From positions 50,526 through 114,525 of the forward strand of contig JAUXTT010000028.1 in NCBI GenBank assembly GCA_030684395.1: a stretch of 64,000 nucleotides of DNA. Reading direction: 5' to 3'. The notes under the pieces are model-generated. The model was not told where the DNA came from. It did no database searches and worked only from the letters and a program-made list of their open reading frames with translations. This document shows, in pieces, positions 45,428-55,555 of the stretch (within the stretch, counting starts at the first letter, position 1; each line of letters opens with the position of its first letter). Both the position numbers and the translations under genes were made by a program. This stretch comes from Bacteroidota bacterium (GTDB lineage: Bacteria > Bacteroidota > Bacteroidia > B-17B0 > Aurantibacillaceae).

Positions 45428-47845
45428 ATGAAGGATATGTTAAAATCACTAATGATCCTGTGCGGGTTATTAGTTATGAGCTATAGCATAAAGGCGCAGG
45501 ATTTTTTAGGTTACAGCAATAGTAACTATGTGGGTGTTACGGGTATTTCACTACAACCCGCTTGTATTGTAGACGACAGGATGGAATTTGATATGACGCT
45601 TGCCGGTGTTAATACCGCTGCATATAATAATTACCTTGGTATAAAAAAGAGTGCCCTTAAACCACTAAAAGGAACAAATTCCAAAGGAGAAACAGTGTGG
45701 TTTCCTACTATGCAAAATGACACCGATTTTATCCATAATTCTATGGAAGAACGGGTTAATAGCAAAAATAAATCTGTTTATTCCGGAACAAGGGTAACCA
45801 TGCCATCTTTTATGGTGTTTTGTGACCACAAAAATTCGTTTGCCTTTACCTGGGATATACGTAACTATTTAAATGTAGATGGCGTTTCTTCGGATTTAGC
45901 AAAACTAATTATTGAAGAATTTGACTACCCTTCATTATGGACAGCAGCTTCTCCCAAACTAAACAGCAAGAATCTGAGCATACAACAAATGGCATGGGCT
46001 GAATATGGCCTCACCTACGGAAGAGTAATTAAAGAAGATAACGAACACGCATTTAAAGTTGCCGGACGATTAAAATTCTTGCAAGGTATTTTGTCTTCCT
46101 ACATGAATATTAAAGATTTTAACTTCAACGTTCCTAATGATACACTTATGAACTTTCTTCACTCTGAAGTTAGTTATGGCCACTCCAGAAATTTTGAATT
46201 TGAAGGGAATAATATTCGTTTAAAAACACTTGAATCATTTCCGGGTATCGGCGGAGATTTTGGTATAGTTTACGAATACCGCCCCGACTATAAAAAGTAC
46301 AAATACGACATGGATGGTGAAACCGATTTATGGAGAAGAGATAAAAACAAATACAAATTAAGAGTAGGATTTTCTGCTTTAGATATTGGTACGATTAAAT
46401 TTAAGAAAGGTAACTTAAGTAACAATTTTATTGCTGATTTTAATATGTTCAACTTGCATAAGTTTGATACTGTTTCTTCTGTTACTGAATTTGACAGCAT
46501 CCTGAAACAGAACTTTCCTGAGTCTACCCCTACTTCAACATATAAAATGACCCTTCCAACGGTATTCAGCTTACAGGTTGATTATAACATTTGGAAAAAT
46601 TTTTATGTAAACATGACTCCGTTTATTGCATTAAAATTCAAAAACAGAGAAACAAAAATTCATGAATACTCTGCCATTAGCATTACTCCACGTTGGGATC
46701 ACAAATGGTTCGGGGTATTTTTACCCGTTCAATATCATCAACTCGATGGTATGAGGTTTGGAGCCTCCGTTAGACTGGGGCCGCTTATTATTGGAACATC
46801 AAATTTAACACCTTTGGTTAGTAAGAAAAGTGTATTTGGTGCTGACGTACATGCTATGTTAAAGATACCGGTTCCATTTGGCGCACCAAAAGACAAGGAT
46901 AAAGATGGCATTTCAAACAAAAAAGATAAATGTAAAGATGTTGCAGGTGTTTGGGAATTTATGGGTTGCCCAGATAAAGACGGTGATCATATTCCTGACA
47001 GTGAGGACAAATGTCCGGATGTTGCCGGTATAAAAGAAATGAGTGGTTGTCCTGATAAAGATGGTGATAAAATTACTGACTTAGATGATATGTGCCCGGA
47101 TGATGCAGGTTTAATTGAATTCAGAGGTTGCCCTGATAAAGATGGTGATAAGATCATTGACAAAGAAGATGAGTGTCCGGATAATGCCGGTTTAGCACAG
47201 TTTTTCGGTTGCCCTGATACAGATCAAGATGGTACTCCTGATAAAATGGATGCCTGCCCTGATGTTTGGGGACCATTAGAGTTTAAAGGTTGCCCTGATA
47301 AAGATGGAGATGGTGTACTGGATAAAGAAGATGATTGTATTGAAGTTGCCGGTGCAAAAGAAAACAAAGGTTGTCCTTGGCCTGATACGGATAAAGACGG
47401 CGTGTTAGACAAAGATGATGCTTGCCCTGCAGTGCCCGGATTAGTAGAGTTTAAAGGTTGTCCTCCTGCTCCGGTATTAAAAGAAGAAGAGAAAAAAGTA
47501 TTGGAGCAAGCTTTTTCTAACCTTGAGTTTGCAACAGGTAAAGACATTATCAAATCTACTTCATTCCAATCCTTGAATGATTTAGCTAAGTTATTGAAAG
47601 AGCACAGTAAAGATTGGGTATTGAACTTAGACGGACATACGGATAATGTGGGTGATGCTGCTAAGAACATGATCCTTTCTGAAAAACGTGCTAAGGCAGT
47701 TGCCAAATACCTTACTAAAAAAGGTGTGAAAGCTGATAAATTTAAAGTTGAATGGCATGGCTCTACCAAACCAATTGCCGATAACGCAACTAAAGAAGGT
47801 CAGCAAAAAAACCGACGTGTAGAGATGAAGATTATTTTTAAGTAA
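45428..47845 (+). CDS. OmpA family protein with beta-barrel N-domain and thrombospondin type 3-like repeats
   Basis: Signal peptide. About 8 CPD(K/T)D(G/Q)DG Ca-binding-type repeats. C-terminal OmpA-like domain (NMILSEKRAKAV, NRRVE). Confidence 0.85.
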   Translation: MKDMLKSLMILCGLLVMSYSIKAQDFLGYSNSNYVGVTGISLQPACIVDDRMEFDMTLAGVNTAAYNNYLGIKKSALKPLKGTNSKGETVWFPTMQNDTDFIHNSMEERVNSKNKSVYSGTRVTMPSFMVFCDHKNSFAFTWDIRNYLNVDGVSSDLAKLIIEEFDYPSLWTAASPKLNSKNLSIQQMAWAEYGLTYGRVIKEDNEHAFKVAGRLKFLQGILSSYMNIKDFNFNVPNDTLMNFLHSEVSYGHSRNFEFEGNNIRLKTLESFPGIGGDFGIVYEYRPDYKKYKYDMDGETDLWRRDKNKYKLRVGFSALDIGTIKFKKGNLSNNFIADFNMFNLHKFDTVSSVTEFDSILKQNFPESTPTSTYKMTLPTVFSLQVDYNIWKNFYVNMTPFIALKFKNRETKIHEYSAISITPRWDHKWFGVFLPVQYHQLDGMRFGASVRLGPLIIGTSNLTPLVSKKSVFGADVHAMLKIPVPFGAPKDKDKDGISNKKDKCKDVAGVWEFMGCPDKDGDHIPDSEDKCPDVAGIKEMSGCPDKDGDKITDLDDMCPDDAGLIEFRGCPDKDGDKIIDKEDECPDNAGLAQFFGCPDTDQDGTPDKMDACPDVWGPLEFKGCPDKDGDGVLDKEDDCIEVAGAKENKGCPWPDTDKDGVLDKDDACPAVPGLVEFKGCPPAPVLKEEEKKVLEQAFSNLEFATGKDIIKSTSFQSLNDLAKLLKEHSKDWVLNLDGHTDNVGDAAKNMILSEKRAKAVAKYLTKKGVKADKFKVEWHGSTKPIADNATKEGQQKNRRVEMKIIFK
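46889..47467 (+). repeat. in-CDS tandem TSP3-like repeats
   Basis: Repeated GGTTGCCCTGATAAAGATGGTGA-type units encoding GCPDKDGD. Confidence 0.8.
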
Positions 47846-47865
47846 AAGATAAATACTGAAAAGGT

Positions 47866-47900
47866 AAGCGCCACTCCAAAAGAAGTGGCGCTTTTGTTTT
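47866..47900 (+). terminator. rho-independent terminator after the OmpA-family gene
   Basis: AAGCGCCACT-loop-AGTGGCGCTT followed by TTTGTTTT. Confidence 0.75.
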
Positions 47901-48024
47901 GGACAAACCTGATTCCAGGAAAAGAATTATATTTACATATACATCAATTGAAGTTAGTTTCCTTTACTGTAAAACAATTCCTAAAGCGTTACCCTAACTC
48001 ATATGTACCATTTTCGAAAATATT

Positions 48025-49146
48025 ATGCCAACCCTTAAAGCATTTAAAATCATAAATAGCACGGATCGAATCTCAAGTGTGGACATTTTTAGGAGTCTTG
48101 CAATTGTTTCAGTTGTACTATTTCATTTTAACAATCAACTACCATTTGGTTTTTTAGGAGTAGACTTGTTTTTTTTAGTTTCCGGCTTACTTGTAGGTGG
48201 TTTATTGACCAAAGAATTTAATAATGGAAACAGGATCAATTTTTTCAAATTTTTTCTTCAAAGAGGTTTTAAAATTTGGCCATCCTACTATGCGTTTATT
48301 TTGTTTGGAAGCATAATTTCAATTTACCTATACTCAACAACTAATCCAGATCAAATAATACCTTTTTGGGATTTAAAAAGGTATTTGTTTTTTTATCAAA
48401 ACTACACTGGCTCACCATTTCATTGGAGTTTTGACCACCTCTGGTCATTATGTGTTGAAGAACATTTTTATGTAATGTTACCAATTTTGTTCTTAATTAT
48501 TCAATACTTTATTCAGGACAAGTTAAGAACAAAGGCCCTTTTTATGTTTATTGTTTTTACTATAATTGCCGGTATTGTATTAAAACATTTTTCGTATTTT
48601 TTTACTACTAGTAAAGATACCTATTCGGCAACACATAATAGAATTGATGCTTTAGCCTGGGGAGTCCTGCTTAATTTCATTATAACATATTACGGAGAAA
48701 ACCTGAAATCCCGAAAATTTGTATTCTTGACTTTTATTTCGGGACTCTTACTTTTTATTGTGTCATTGTATTTCTATATTAACAACAATTATGTGCTATT
48801 TGAAAAAGTATATTTTCATTCTATCATCCCGATTTCATTTTTCTTAATGTTATTAGGCTTGTATTATATTAATTTTTCCCGGCTAAAACCATTACGATTC
48901 ATTGCCTACTACAGTTACAACTGGTATTTGTGGCACCCTCTTTTCGTTATTTTTATCACAAAACATCTTGGCAATTCTATGGTAGGGCTACTTACCTATC
49001 TAATACTAACTTTTTCAATAGCTGTGATTTCGACTGTTTTAATTGAAGAACCATTTTTAGAAAAAAGAAAAATAATTCTGGATAAAATATTTAAAAGCAA
49101 AAAACAACAATTGCTAATGAGTGAAGAAGATGTGAAATTACAGTAA
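48025..49146 (+). CDS. acyltransferase family 3 (membrane O-acyltransferase)
   Basis: About 10 TM helices. N-terminal motif DIFRSLAIVSVVLFH...GVDLFFLVSG. Confidence 0.85.
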   Translation: MPTLKAFKIINSTDRISSVDIFRSLAIVSVVLFHFNNQLPFGFLGVDLFFLVSGLLVGGLLTKEFNNGNRINFFKFFLQRGFKIWPSYYAFILFGSIISIYLYSTTNPDQIIPFWDLKRYLFFYQNYTGSPFHWSFDHLWSLCVEEHFYVMLPILFLIIQYFIQDKLRTKALFMFIVFTIIAGIVLKHFSYFFTTSKDTYSATHNRIDALAWGVLLNFIITYYGENLKSRKFVFLTFISGLLLFIVSLYFYINNNYVLFEKVYFHSIIPISFFLMLLGLYYINFSRLKPLRFIAYYSYNWYLWHPLFVIFITKHLGNSMVGLLTYLILTFSIAVISTVLIEEPFLEKRKIILDKIFKSKKQQLLMSEEDVKLQ

Positions 49147-49239
49147 TTGGTTTCAATAAAAACAACAGAAGTAAAGCCTGCTTTCTACTCAAGCAATTAC
49201 TTGCAAATAAACAAGTAAGCATTATTCAATTAAAATAAC

Positions 49240-49866
49240 ATGGACAAAAATAAAATAGCAGTTGAAGTATTTAATAAAATGGCATCCGCTTACGAAGGCA
49301 AGTTTATGGATGTGAGTTTATATGGAGATACTTTTGATTTTTTTTGTAATCAGATAAAAAATAAAGGGGAAGTTATAGAACTTGCCTGCGGGCCTGGAAA
49401 CATAACTAAGTATTTACTGAATAAACGCCCTGATCTCACAATACTTGGGACAGATCTTTCTGCAAACATGGTTGAACTTGCCAAAAAAAATAACCCTACA
49501 GCGGAGTTTCAATTAATGGATTGCCGTAATATTGGAAAAATTGAGAAGAAATATGACGCCATTATGTGCGGCTTTTGTTTGCCTTACCTTTCAAAAGAAG
49601 AAACAACACAATTAATACATGATGCTTCAAAAGTAGCAAAACCCAAAGGCGTGCTTTATTTAAGTACTATGGAAGATGATTATGAAAAATCAGCTTTCAA
49701 AAAAGGAAGCGGCGGCGATGAAATTTTTATGCATTATTATCGGGCAGAATTTCTAAGCACTACTTTAAAAGAAAATGGTTTTACTGTTTTAAAACTTCAA
49801 CGCAAAGAGTCGTATATGACAGACGGAACAAAAGTTACTGACCTGATAATAATAGCAGGGAAATAA
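49240..49866 (+). CDS. class I SAM-dependent methyltransferase
   Basis: Motif I VIELACGPGN; post-I and motif II regions are present. Confidence 0.85.
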   Translation: MDKNKIAVEVFNKMASAYEGKFMDVSLYGDTFDFFCNQIKNKGEVIELACGPGNITKYLLNKRPDLTILGTDLSANMVELAKKNNPTAEFQLMDCRNIGKIEKKYDAIMCGFCLPYLSKEETTQLIHDASKVAKPKGVLYLSTMEDDYEKSAFKKGSGGDEIFMHYYRAEFLSTTLKENGFTVLKLQRKESYMTDGTKVTDLIIIAGK

Positions 49867-49904
49867 AACATTGCTTCCTGATTTTTTCAGCCTGGCCTGT
49901 TCCA

Positions 49905-49940
49905 TAAAAAAAGAAGGCGCTCGGGATAAGGGCGCCTTCT
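49905..49940 (-). terminator. rho-independent terminator (minus strand) about 190 nt downstream of the T9SS cargo gene
   Basis: AGAAGGCGC-loop-GCGCCTTCT. On the minus strand the stem is followed by TTTTTTT. Confidence 0.6.
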
Positions 49941-50127
49941 ATATTGAACCAAAAATAGAAAGTTGAAACTTCAACTTTCTATCGACGTTAGAATCTGTAA
50001 GGTTTTCAAGAGGTTTTAATTTGTAAGAAAACCTAACACATTCTATGTCGGGATTAACCGTAATAAGACAGGTAGTTCACTATATTCATAGCTTCTACTG
50101 TCTAATTACGGTTGAATCTATATAATC

Positions 50128-52044
50128 TTATTGCTTTATCAATCGTAATACGGCTTTGGAAGTACCTGCCTTTATCAGAACTGTATAAATACCCGGAGCG
50201 GCTTTTAATTCTAACGAAACCATCTGAGTATTCTGAATATCCTGAGTCAACACAATACGGCCGGCAATATCAGTTATAATAACACTTATTTTATCATATG
50301 CTGTCCCCATATCTAAATTCAAATCTCCTTTACTTGGATTTGGGAACATTTTTATGAGGCTTGAAAAATAATTTTGTGGAATACCTATGCCTGTGATACT
50401 TGAACAAGCTGATGTATCCGTACAACCATTTTCTGTAACAATAACTGCATAATCACCATTCACCGCAGCGGTATATGTTTGAGAAGTAGCACCTGCTACA
50501 AATGAACCATCAGAACAATCGATCCACTGATAAACTGCTCCGGTAGCTCCGGCAGTAAGCACTGTACCAACCTGGCTAACACCTGTATTTACTGTGTTTA
50601 TTGTAAGAGAAACAGTGATCACACTATCACAGCCGCTTACATTCGGAATTGTATCCATAAATGTACCTGATGTATAATACACTATTCCGCTTGGTGCAAC
50701 AAAACTATCACAAGCGATTGGGTTTATACTTGAAGCGGAAGGAAAATTAATTGTGACATTAATTGTCATTACACTATCACAACCTGCTACATTAGGAATT
50801 GTATCCATATACGTTCCGCTACCCGATATTACCATACCACCTGGGCTTACATAGGAGTTACAATTAGTAACTGAAAAAGAAGATGCAGTTGCATTATTCA
50901 CAACAAGATCGATTGTTATTACACTATCACAGCCCGCAACATTTGGAATGGTATCCATGTATGTTCCGCTAGAACTAAACACAGTGCCACTTGGAGCGGT
51001 GTATGAACCGCAGGAATTAACCAATAAGCTTGCTGAACTCGATTGAAGCACAGTTAGATTAATAGTAATTACACTATCGCAACCTGCAACATTTGGGATC
51101 GTATCCATGTATGTCCCGTTTGCATTAAACACTGCTCCGCTGGGAGCTGTATACGAATCACACGCAGTTGCCAATAAAGTGGCCGAACTGGGTTGTACCA
51201 CAGTTAAATTAATTGTGAGGATACTATCACATCCACCTAAATTCACAAGTGTATCTGTATAAACACCATCGGTTGAGTAGATATTACCCGCAGGAGATAA
51301 ATAACTTCCACACGCTGTTACTGAAACAGTGTTATAAGTAGCGGGGCGAACTAATTGTGCAACTTCTGCCGGGCTAAGCGCACGGTTATACATCCTAAAT
51401 TCATCAATTTTACCCCCGGCAGGTGAGCCAACATTAGTGCCATAGCCCATCACCTTAAATGGCCCTGCACCTGAAATTGTAATTGCCCCCTGTGCAACAG
51501 TGCTAACAAGTATGCCATCCAGATAGGCGTATATATTATTAGCAGCCATATCATAAACAAAAGTAGTAAGATGTGGGGCAACAGTTGCACCTCCGTTAAC
51601 ATAAACATCAGTAATACCTGTACCGCGGAGTATCCAGTTATTTGCACCGGCAACACCATTTGTAAAACAACGGAACGATCCTGCACCTGCATCACCGAAA
51701 ACATAAAACAAGGTTGAACTGGCAGTAATGTCACTTGTATACATAGAGATTGTCCATGAAGTCCCGGTTAAATTGGTTGCATACCCCGTATTCAGGTAAT
51801 CTGTAGAAGAAGCTGCACCCGATCCTATTAATGCTCCACCGCACAAACCTGTTGACCCTTGAGTAACTCCACCCATAATAGTAGCAGTTGCTGCTCCCGA
51901 AGGAGGTGAACTCGCCAGATTAGTAACAGTGGTTCCCGATCCATCAAAATTATAGTATAAAATTTCGGGTTGCGGTTGTGCCTTTGTCAGGCTTACTGCC
52001 AGACAAAGTAAAACTGTATAGAAAATAGTAGTTGTTCTTTTCAT
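50128..52044 (-). CDS. T9SS-secreted protein: LamG-like domain, five Cys-containing repeats, Por C-terminal sorting domain
   Basis: Signal peptide. LamG-type end DEFRMYNRALSPAEV. Five ~50-aa repeats (C-x-SY-x-PSG...TYMDTIPNVAGCDSVITINLTV). C-terminal FPNPSKGDLNL...LIKQ. Confidence 0.8.
   Translation of the reverse strand: MKRTTTIFYTVLLCLAVSLTKAQPQPEILYYNFDGSGTTVTNLASSPPSGAATATIMGGVTQGSTGLCGGALIGSGAASSTDYLNTGYATNLTGTSWTISMYTSDITASSTLFYVFGDAGAGSFRCFTNGVAGANNWILRGTGITDVYVNGGATVAPHLTTFVYDMAANNIYAYLDGILVSTVAQGAITISGAGPFKVMGYGTNVGSPAGGKIDEFRMYNRALSPAEVAQLVRPATYNTVSVTACGSYLSPAGNIYSTDGVYTDTLVNLGGCDSILTINLTVVQPSSATLLATACDSYTAPSGAVFNANGTYMDTIPNVAGCDSVITINLTVLQSSSASLLVNSCGSYTAPSGTVFSSSGTYMDTIPNVAGCDSVITIDLVVNNATASSFSVTNCNSYVSPGGMVISGSGTYMDTIPNVAGCDSVMTINVTINFPSASSINPIACDSFVAPSGIVYYTSGTFMDTIPNVSGCDSVITVSLTINTVNTGVSQVGTVLTAGATGAVYQWIDCSDGSFVAGATSQTYTAAVNGDYAVIVTENGCTDTSACSSITGIGIPQNYFSSLIKMFPNPSKGDLNLDMGTAYDKISVIITDIAGRIVLTQDIQNTQMVSLELKAAPGIYTVLIKAGTSKAVLRLIKQ
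50596..51324 (-). repeat. five tandem ~150-nt coding repeats
   Basis: Period of 50 aa (Cys245, 295, 345, 395, 445). Long near-identical nucleotide stretches such as ATTACACTATCACA(G/A)CC(C/T)GC(A/T)ACATT. Confidence 0.85.
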
Positions 52045-52195
52045 AAAATGAGGTTTAAGTTAATAATAATTTATTTTTTAGACCAAATATATTATTTTTC
52101 TACGACCTCACATCAAGAAAAACGGAAAGATAATTACGATTATAATCATGTTTATTATTCAAACATAATACCTATTATACAGGTAAATTAAGCAC

Positions 52196-52229
52196 AAAAA
52201 AACCGACTCCATTATCTGAGTCGGTTTTT
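52196..52229 (-). terminator. rho-independent terminator after the S41 peptidase gene
   Basis: AACCGACTC-loop-GAGTCGGTT with A/T runs on both sides. Confidence 0.7.
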
Positions 52230-52246
52230 CTTTATTGTGTTCCTGA

Positions 52247-54334
52247 TTACTTCATATCTCCAATAACCAAACTGGCTTCATGCAAATAAATGTCTTTTTT
52301 TATGGCTTTTATCCAGTTTTTTTCGCGGGCTAATTTGGTAGTATCATTTTGCATTGCATCCAAATCCATCTTTAACAAAGCTGCATCAAAACCTTTCACT
52401 TCATTTTTTAACTCATCGTATTTTTTATTTTGAGCTCTCAACTCTTTCACCTCAGCTCTGTACTTTTCCAATTTAAGGTTATATTTACTATCGTCCTTTT
52501 TTGCTTTTATTTCCTTTGCTTCCTGTTCTACCAATTGAAAGGATTTTGATTTTTTTACTCGCTCATCACTTGCTTTTTTCAATTTCGAATAATTAATATC
52601 GGTGAAAGAAGTATACTGTGCTTTAGCAATCTCATCCCATGGCATTGGATTATCCAGCTCCTTTTCGCCTGTTTCAATTTGACTGTATGCATCAGGCAAT
52701 GTGATGTCAGGAATTACACCACGCAACTGAGTTGTTCCACCATTAATTCTATAAAACTTCTGCATGGTTACTTTTACCGAGCCTAATGGCTTAATAGTGT
52801 CAAATTGCGGTAACAGATAATTATCCAGGTCCAAAAACGATTGAACTGTCCCTTTTCCAAACGATTGAGTTCCTACAACAACTGCGCGGTTATAATCCTG
52901 TAATGCCGCTGCTAATATTTCAGAAGCTGAAGCACTATTGTGGTTAACCATTACCACCATTGGTCCGTTGTATACTTGAGAATCATCGTAATCTTTTAAT
53001 TCCTCGGTTACTCCATTTTTCCTTTTAACCTGAACAATTGGTCCTTTAGGAATAAACAATCCACTCATTTGAACAACTTCCTGTAATGACCCGCCACCAT
53101 TATCTCTCACATCAATAATAATTCCGTCTACAGATTCCCCCTTTAGTTTTTCAACTTCCTTTTTTACATCTATTGCACATCTGCGGGCTCCGTTTTTTGT
53201 AAAATCAGAATAAAATGAAGGAAGCTTAATGTATCCCACTTTTTTCTTTCCTGCTTCCAAAATTGCTGAGTGCGCAAAGGTTTCGTCCAATTGAATGATG
53301 TCCCGAACAATAGGAATAACCTTAATGGTGCCATCCGTTTTCTTAACAGTTAATCTTACCTCTGTTCCTTTTTTTCCTTTGATGAGTTCAATTGCTTCAT
53401 CGATATCCATTCCTACAATATCAACAGGTTCTTTATCGCCCTGCGCAACCTTCATTATCAGGTCACCGGCTTTCAGTTCTCCTTGTTTGTAGCTTGGGCT
53501 TCCAACAACAATCTCAGTTATTTTAATGTAATCATCTTTTTGCTGTAAGCGGGCTCCAATTCCTTCTAACTGCCCGCTCATGCTTTGGTCAAATTTCTTT
53601 TTTTCAACCGGAGGAAAAAACTCAGTGTGTGGATCATACATAGCTGTTATACTATTTACATAATCAGCGTAACGTTGTTTTTTATTGATTTTCTTTAACC
53701 GTTTAAACCAGTCATCCGTTAATTTCATAACTTTTTTACGCGCACTGGCTTCCAAAGTATCAAAAGGTAAAACTTTGGCAGTTGTATCTTTTGCAGCTTT
53801 AATTTTTTCCTGATCGTCCATCATTTCGTTTAAACGATATAAAGCCTGATACTTTAGGTATTTTGTCCACTCATTTTTTAACTGGGCATCCGAAGCTGCG
53901 AATTTCATTTTCTCTCCATCTGTTTCATATTCTTCATCTACAGTATAATCAAACGGCTTTGATAATATTTCCTTGTACCAGGTTTCTTTCTCCTGAATTC
54001 TTCTGTTGATCAATTCATTTGAAAGCTCAAAAAATTTAAAGGTTCCGTTATTAATTTCATCATCCACTTCCTTTTTGTATGCAGCCAACTGGTTAACATC
54101 TGATTGAACCAGGAATTTTTTACTGTAATCCAACCGTTTCAAATAGTAATCGAAGAACTTTTCAGAAAAGTTGTCATCAATGGTTTTTGGGCTGTAATGT
54201 GCGTTATTAAGTCCGCTCATAACAATATCCAGAATGATTTGATTTCTATCAATTGATAAAGTAGCAATAGTGAAGGAAAGAAGCCCGAATACAGCACTGA
54301 TCAAAAAGGCTTTTACTATTTTATTTTTTTTCAT
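52247..54334 (-). CDS. S41 family carboxy-terminal processing peptidase with PDZ domain
   Basis: The ATG at 54334 (MKKNKIVKAF, signal anchor) is preferred over the TTG at 54394. PDZ region, catalytic-Ser region NSASASEI, and GTQSFGKGTVQ. Confidence 0.9.
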   Translation of the reverse strand: MKKNKIVKAFLISAVFGLLSFTIATLSIDRNQIILDIVMSGLNNAHYSPKTIDDNFSEKFFDYYLKRLDYSKKFLVQSDVNQLAAYKKEVDDEINNGTFKFFELSNELINRRIQEKETWYKEILSKPFDYTVDEEYETDGEKMKFAASDAQLKNEWTKYLKYQALYRLNEMMDDQEKIKAAKDTTAKVLPFDTLEASARKKVMKLTDDWFKRLKKINKKQRYADYVNSITAMYDPHTEFFPPVEKKKFDQSMSGQLEGIGARLQQKDDYIKITEIVVGSPSYKQGELKAGDLIMKVAQGDKEPVDIVGMDIDEAIELIKGKKGTEVRLTVKKTDGTIKVIPIVRDIIQLDETFAHSAILEAGKKKVGYIKLPSFYSDFTKNGARRCAIDVKKEVEKLKGESVDGIIIDVRDNGGGSLQEVVQMSGLFIPKGPIVQVKRKNGVTEELKDYDDSQVYNGPMVVMVNHNSASASEILAAALQDYNRAVVVGTQSFGKGTVQSFLDLDNYLLPQFDTIKPLGSVKVTMQKFYRINGGTTQLRGVIPDITLPDAYSQIETGEKELDNPMPWDEIAKAQYTSFTDINYSKLKKASDERVKKSKSFQLVEQEAKEIKAKKDDSKYNLKLEKYRAEVKELRAQNKKYDELKNEVKGFDAALLKMDLDAMQNDTTKLAREKNWIKAIKKDIYLHEASLVIGDMK

Positions 54335-54494
54335 TGGTAACATATTTGTATCTATAAATGTACGTAATCTATTCGTTTTTGTAGCTTCGTTCAAACTATT
54401 TATTCACCACTTATACCATTTTGTTGAAATCATTTTCACCCGATAATGAAGCAAAGGGTTATTTTCGCAAGTTCACAGTAACACAATTTGTGCC

Positions 54495-55544
54495 ATGATA
54501 GAATTTAAGCGCTCGGAATTAACATCTTTTGCAGTACATTACGTTGGAAATAAAGGAAACGGTGAGGAAGTAAGTTTCTCTAAAGAACAGTTCAAATTTA
54601 AAGAAGAGTTTGTAAAGGAAACGTTATTGAACTTCTTTTTAACACCTTTTAAGACGGATATCTATTATCATTTCGCAAAGAGTGATGCAATCAAAATTCA
54701 TGATGTGCATTCCTTTGTTGCTGAGACCTTTGATGATCAAAAATCGTTTTTCGAAAATTCAAAAAAAATAGCGCAAAAGCTTTACGATCAAAGTAATCAC
54801 CCGAAAATTAAAGGTGGTGAGTTTTATGTTGCATACCTGCGCGATTGTGTGGTTGATGGCGAGTTGTGTGATGCTATCGGGATCTTTAAATCAGAGAATA
54901 AAGAAACGTATCTGAAGGTTTATCAGCACATGGACGAATTTGAAATTGAAACAGAGAACGGAATCAACATCAATAAACTGGATAAAGGTTGTTTGATCTT
55001 TAATACAGAAAAAGAGAACGGATACAAGATCAGCATTGTTGATAATAGTCACCGTATTGCCGAAGCTGCTTTGTACTGGTTAGAAGATTTTTTGAATGTA
55101 AAAATGCGTGAAGATAATTTTTACCACACACAGCAATTATTAGATACTTGTAAAGGTTTTTGCGAAGAGGTACTTAGCCCGGAAAATAACGTTGAAAAAA
55201 CCGATAAAATGATGATGATGAACCGATCATTAAATTATTTTAAAGAGCGTGATAAATTTAACCAAACAGATTTTGAGCAGGAAGTTATGATCCAACCTGA
55301 ACTGGTGGAAGCTTTCAAGGACTACAAAACACAATACAACAGCGATCGGCAGTTAACAGATGTGGAAGATTTCGATATTTCTCAAACAGCTGTAAAAAAG
55401 AATGCCAAGTTCTTAAAATCAGTTATCAAGCTTGACAAGAACTTTCACGTGTATGTGCATGGTCGCCACGATTATATCAAAAAGGGATTTGATGACGAAA
55501 AAGGATTAAACTTTTACACCTTGTATTACAGTAAGGAAGAATAG
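54495..55544 (+). CDS. nucleoid-associated protein (NdpA/YejK family)
   Basis: 349 aa. The N-terminus ...FAVHYVGNK is typical of the 37-kDa nucleoid-associated protein family. Confidence 0.75.
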   Translation: MIEFKRSELTSFAVHYVGNKGNGEEVSFSKEQFKFKEEFVKETLLNFFLTPFKTDIYYHFAKSDAIKIHDVHSFVAETFDDQKSFFENSKKIAQKLYDQSNHPKIKGGEFYVAYLRDCVVDGELCDAIGIFKSENKETYLKVYQHMDEFEIETENGININKLDKGCLIFNTEKENGYKISIVDNSHRIAEAALYWLEDFLNVKMREDNFYHTQQLLDTCKGFCEEVLSPENNVEKTDKMMMMNRSLNYFKERDKFNQTDFEQEVMIQPELVEAFKDYKTQYNSDRQLTDVEDFDISQTAVKKNAKFLKSVIKLDKNFHVYVHGRHDYIKKGFDDEKGLNFYTLYYSKEE

Positions 55545-55555
55545 TAGGGGGGGTA

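Noticed and set aside
46889-47467. Periodic ~70-nt repeats that could be mistaken for a CRISPR-like array (also 50596..51324)
   Set aside because: Both repeat regions lie inside long open reading frames and encode recognisable protein repeats (TSP3-like CPDKDGD units; 50-aa Cys modules). There is no repeat-spacer organisation and no cas genes.
47224-47769. 181-aa minus-strand ORF inside the OmpA-family gene
   Set aside because: It is antisense to the TSP3 repeat and OmpA domain region. The low-complexity Ser/Pro/Gly sequence is generated by the reverse frame of GAT/AAA/GGT-rich repeats.
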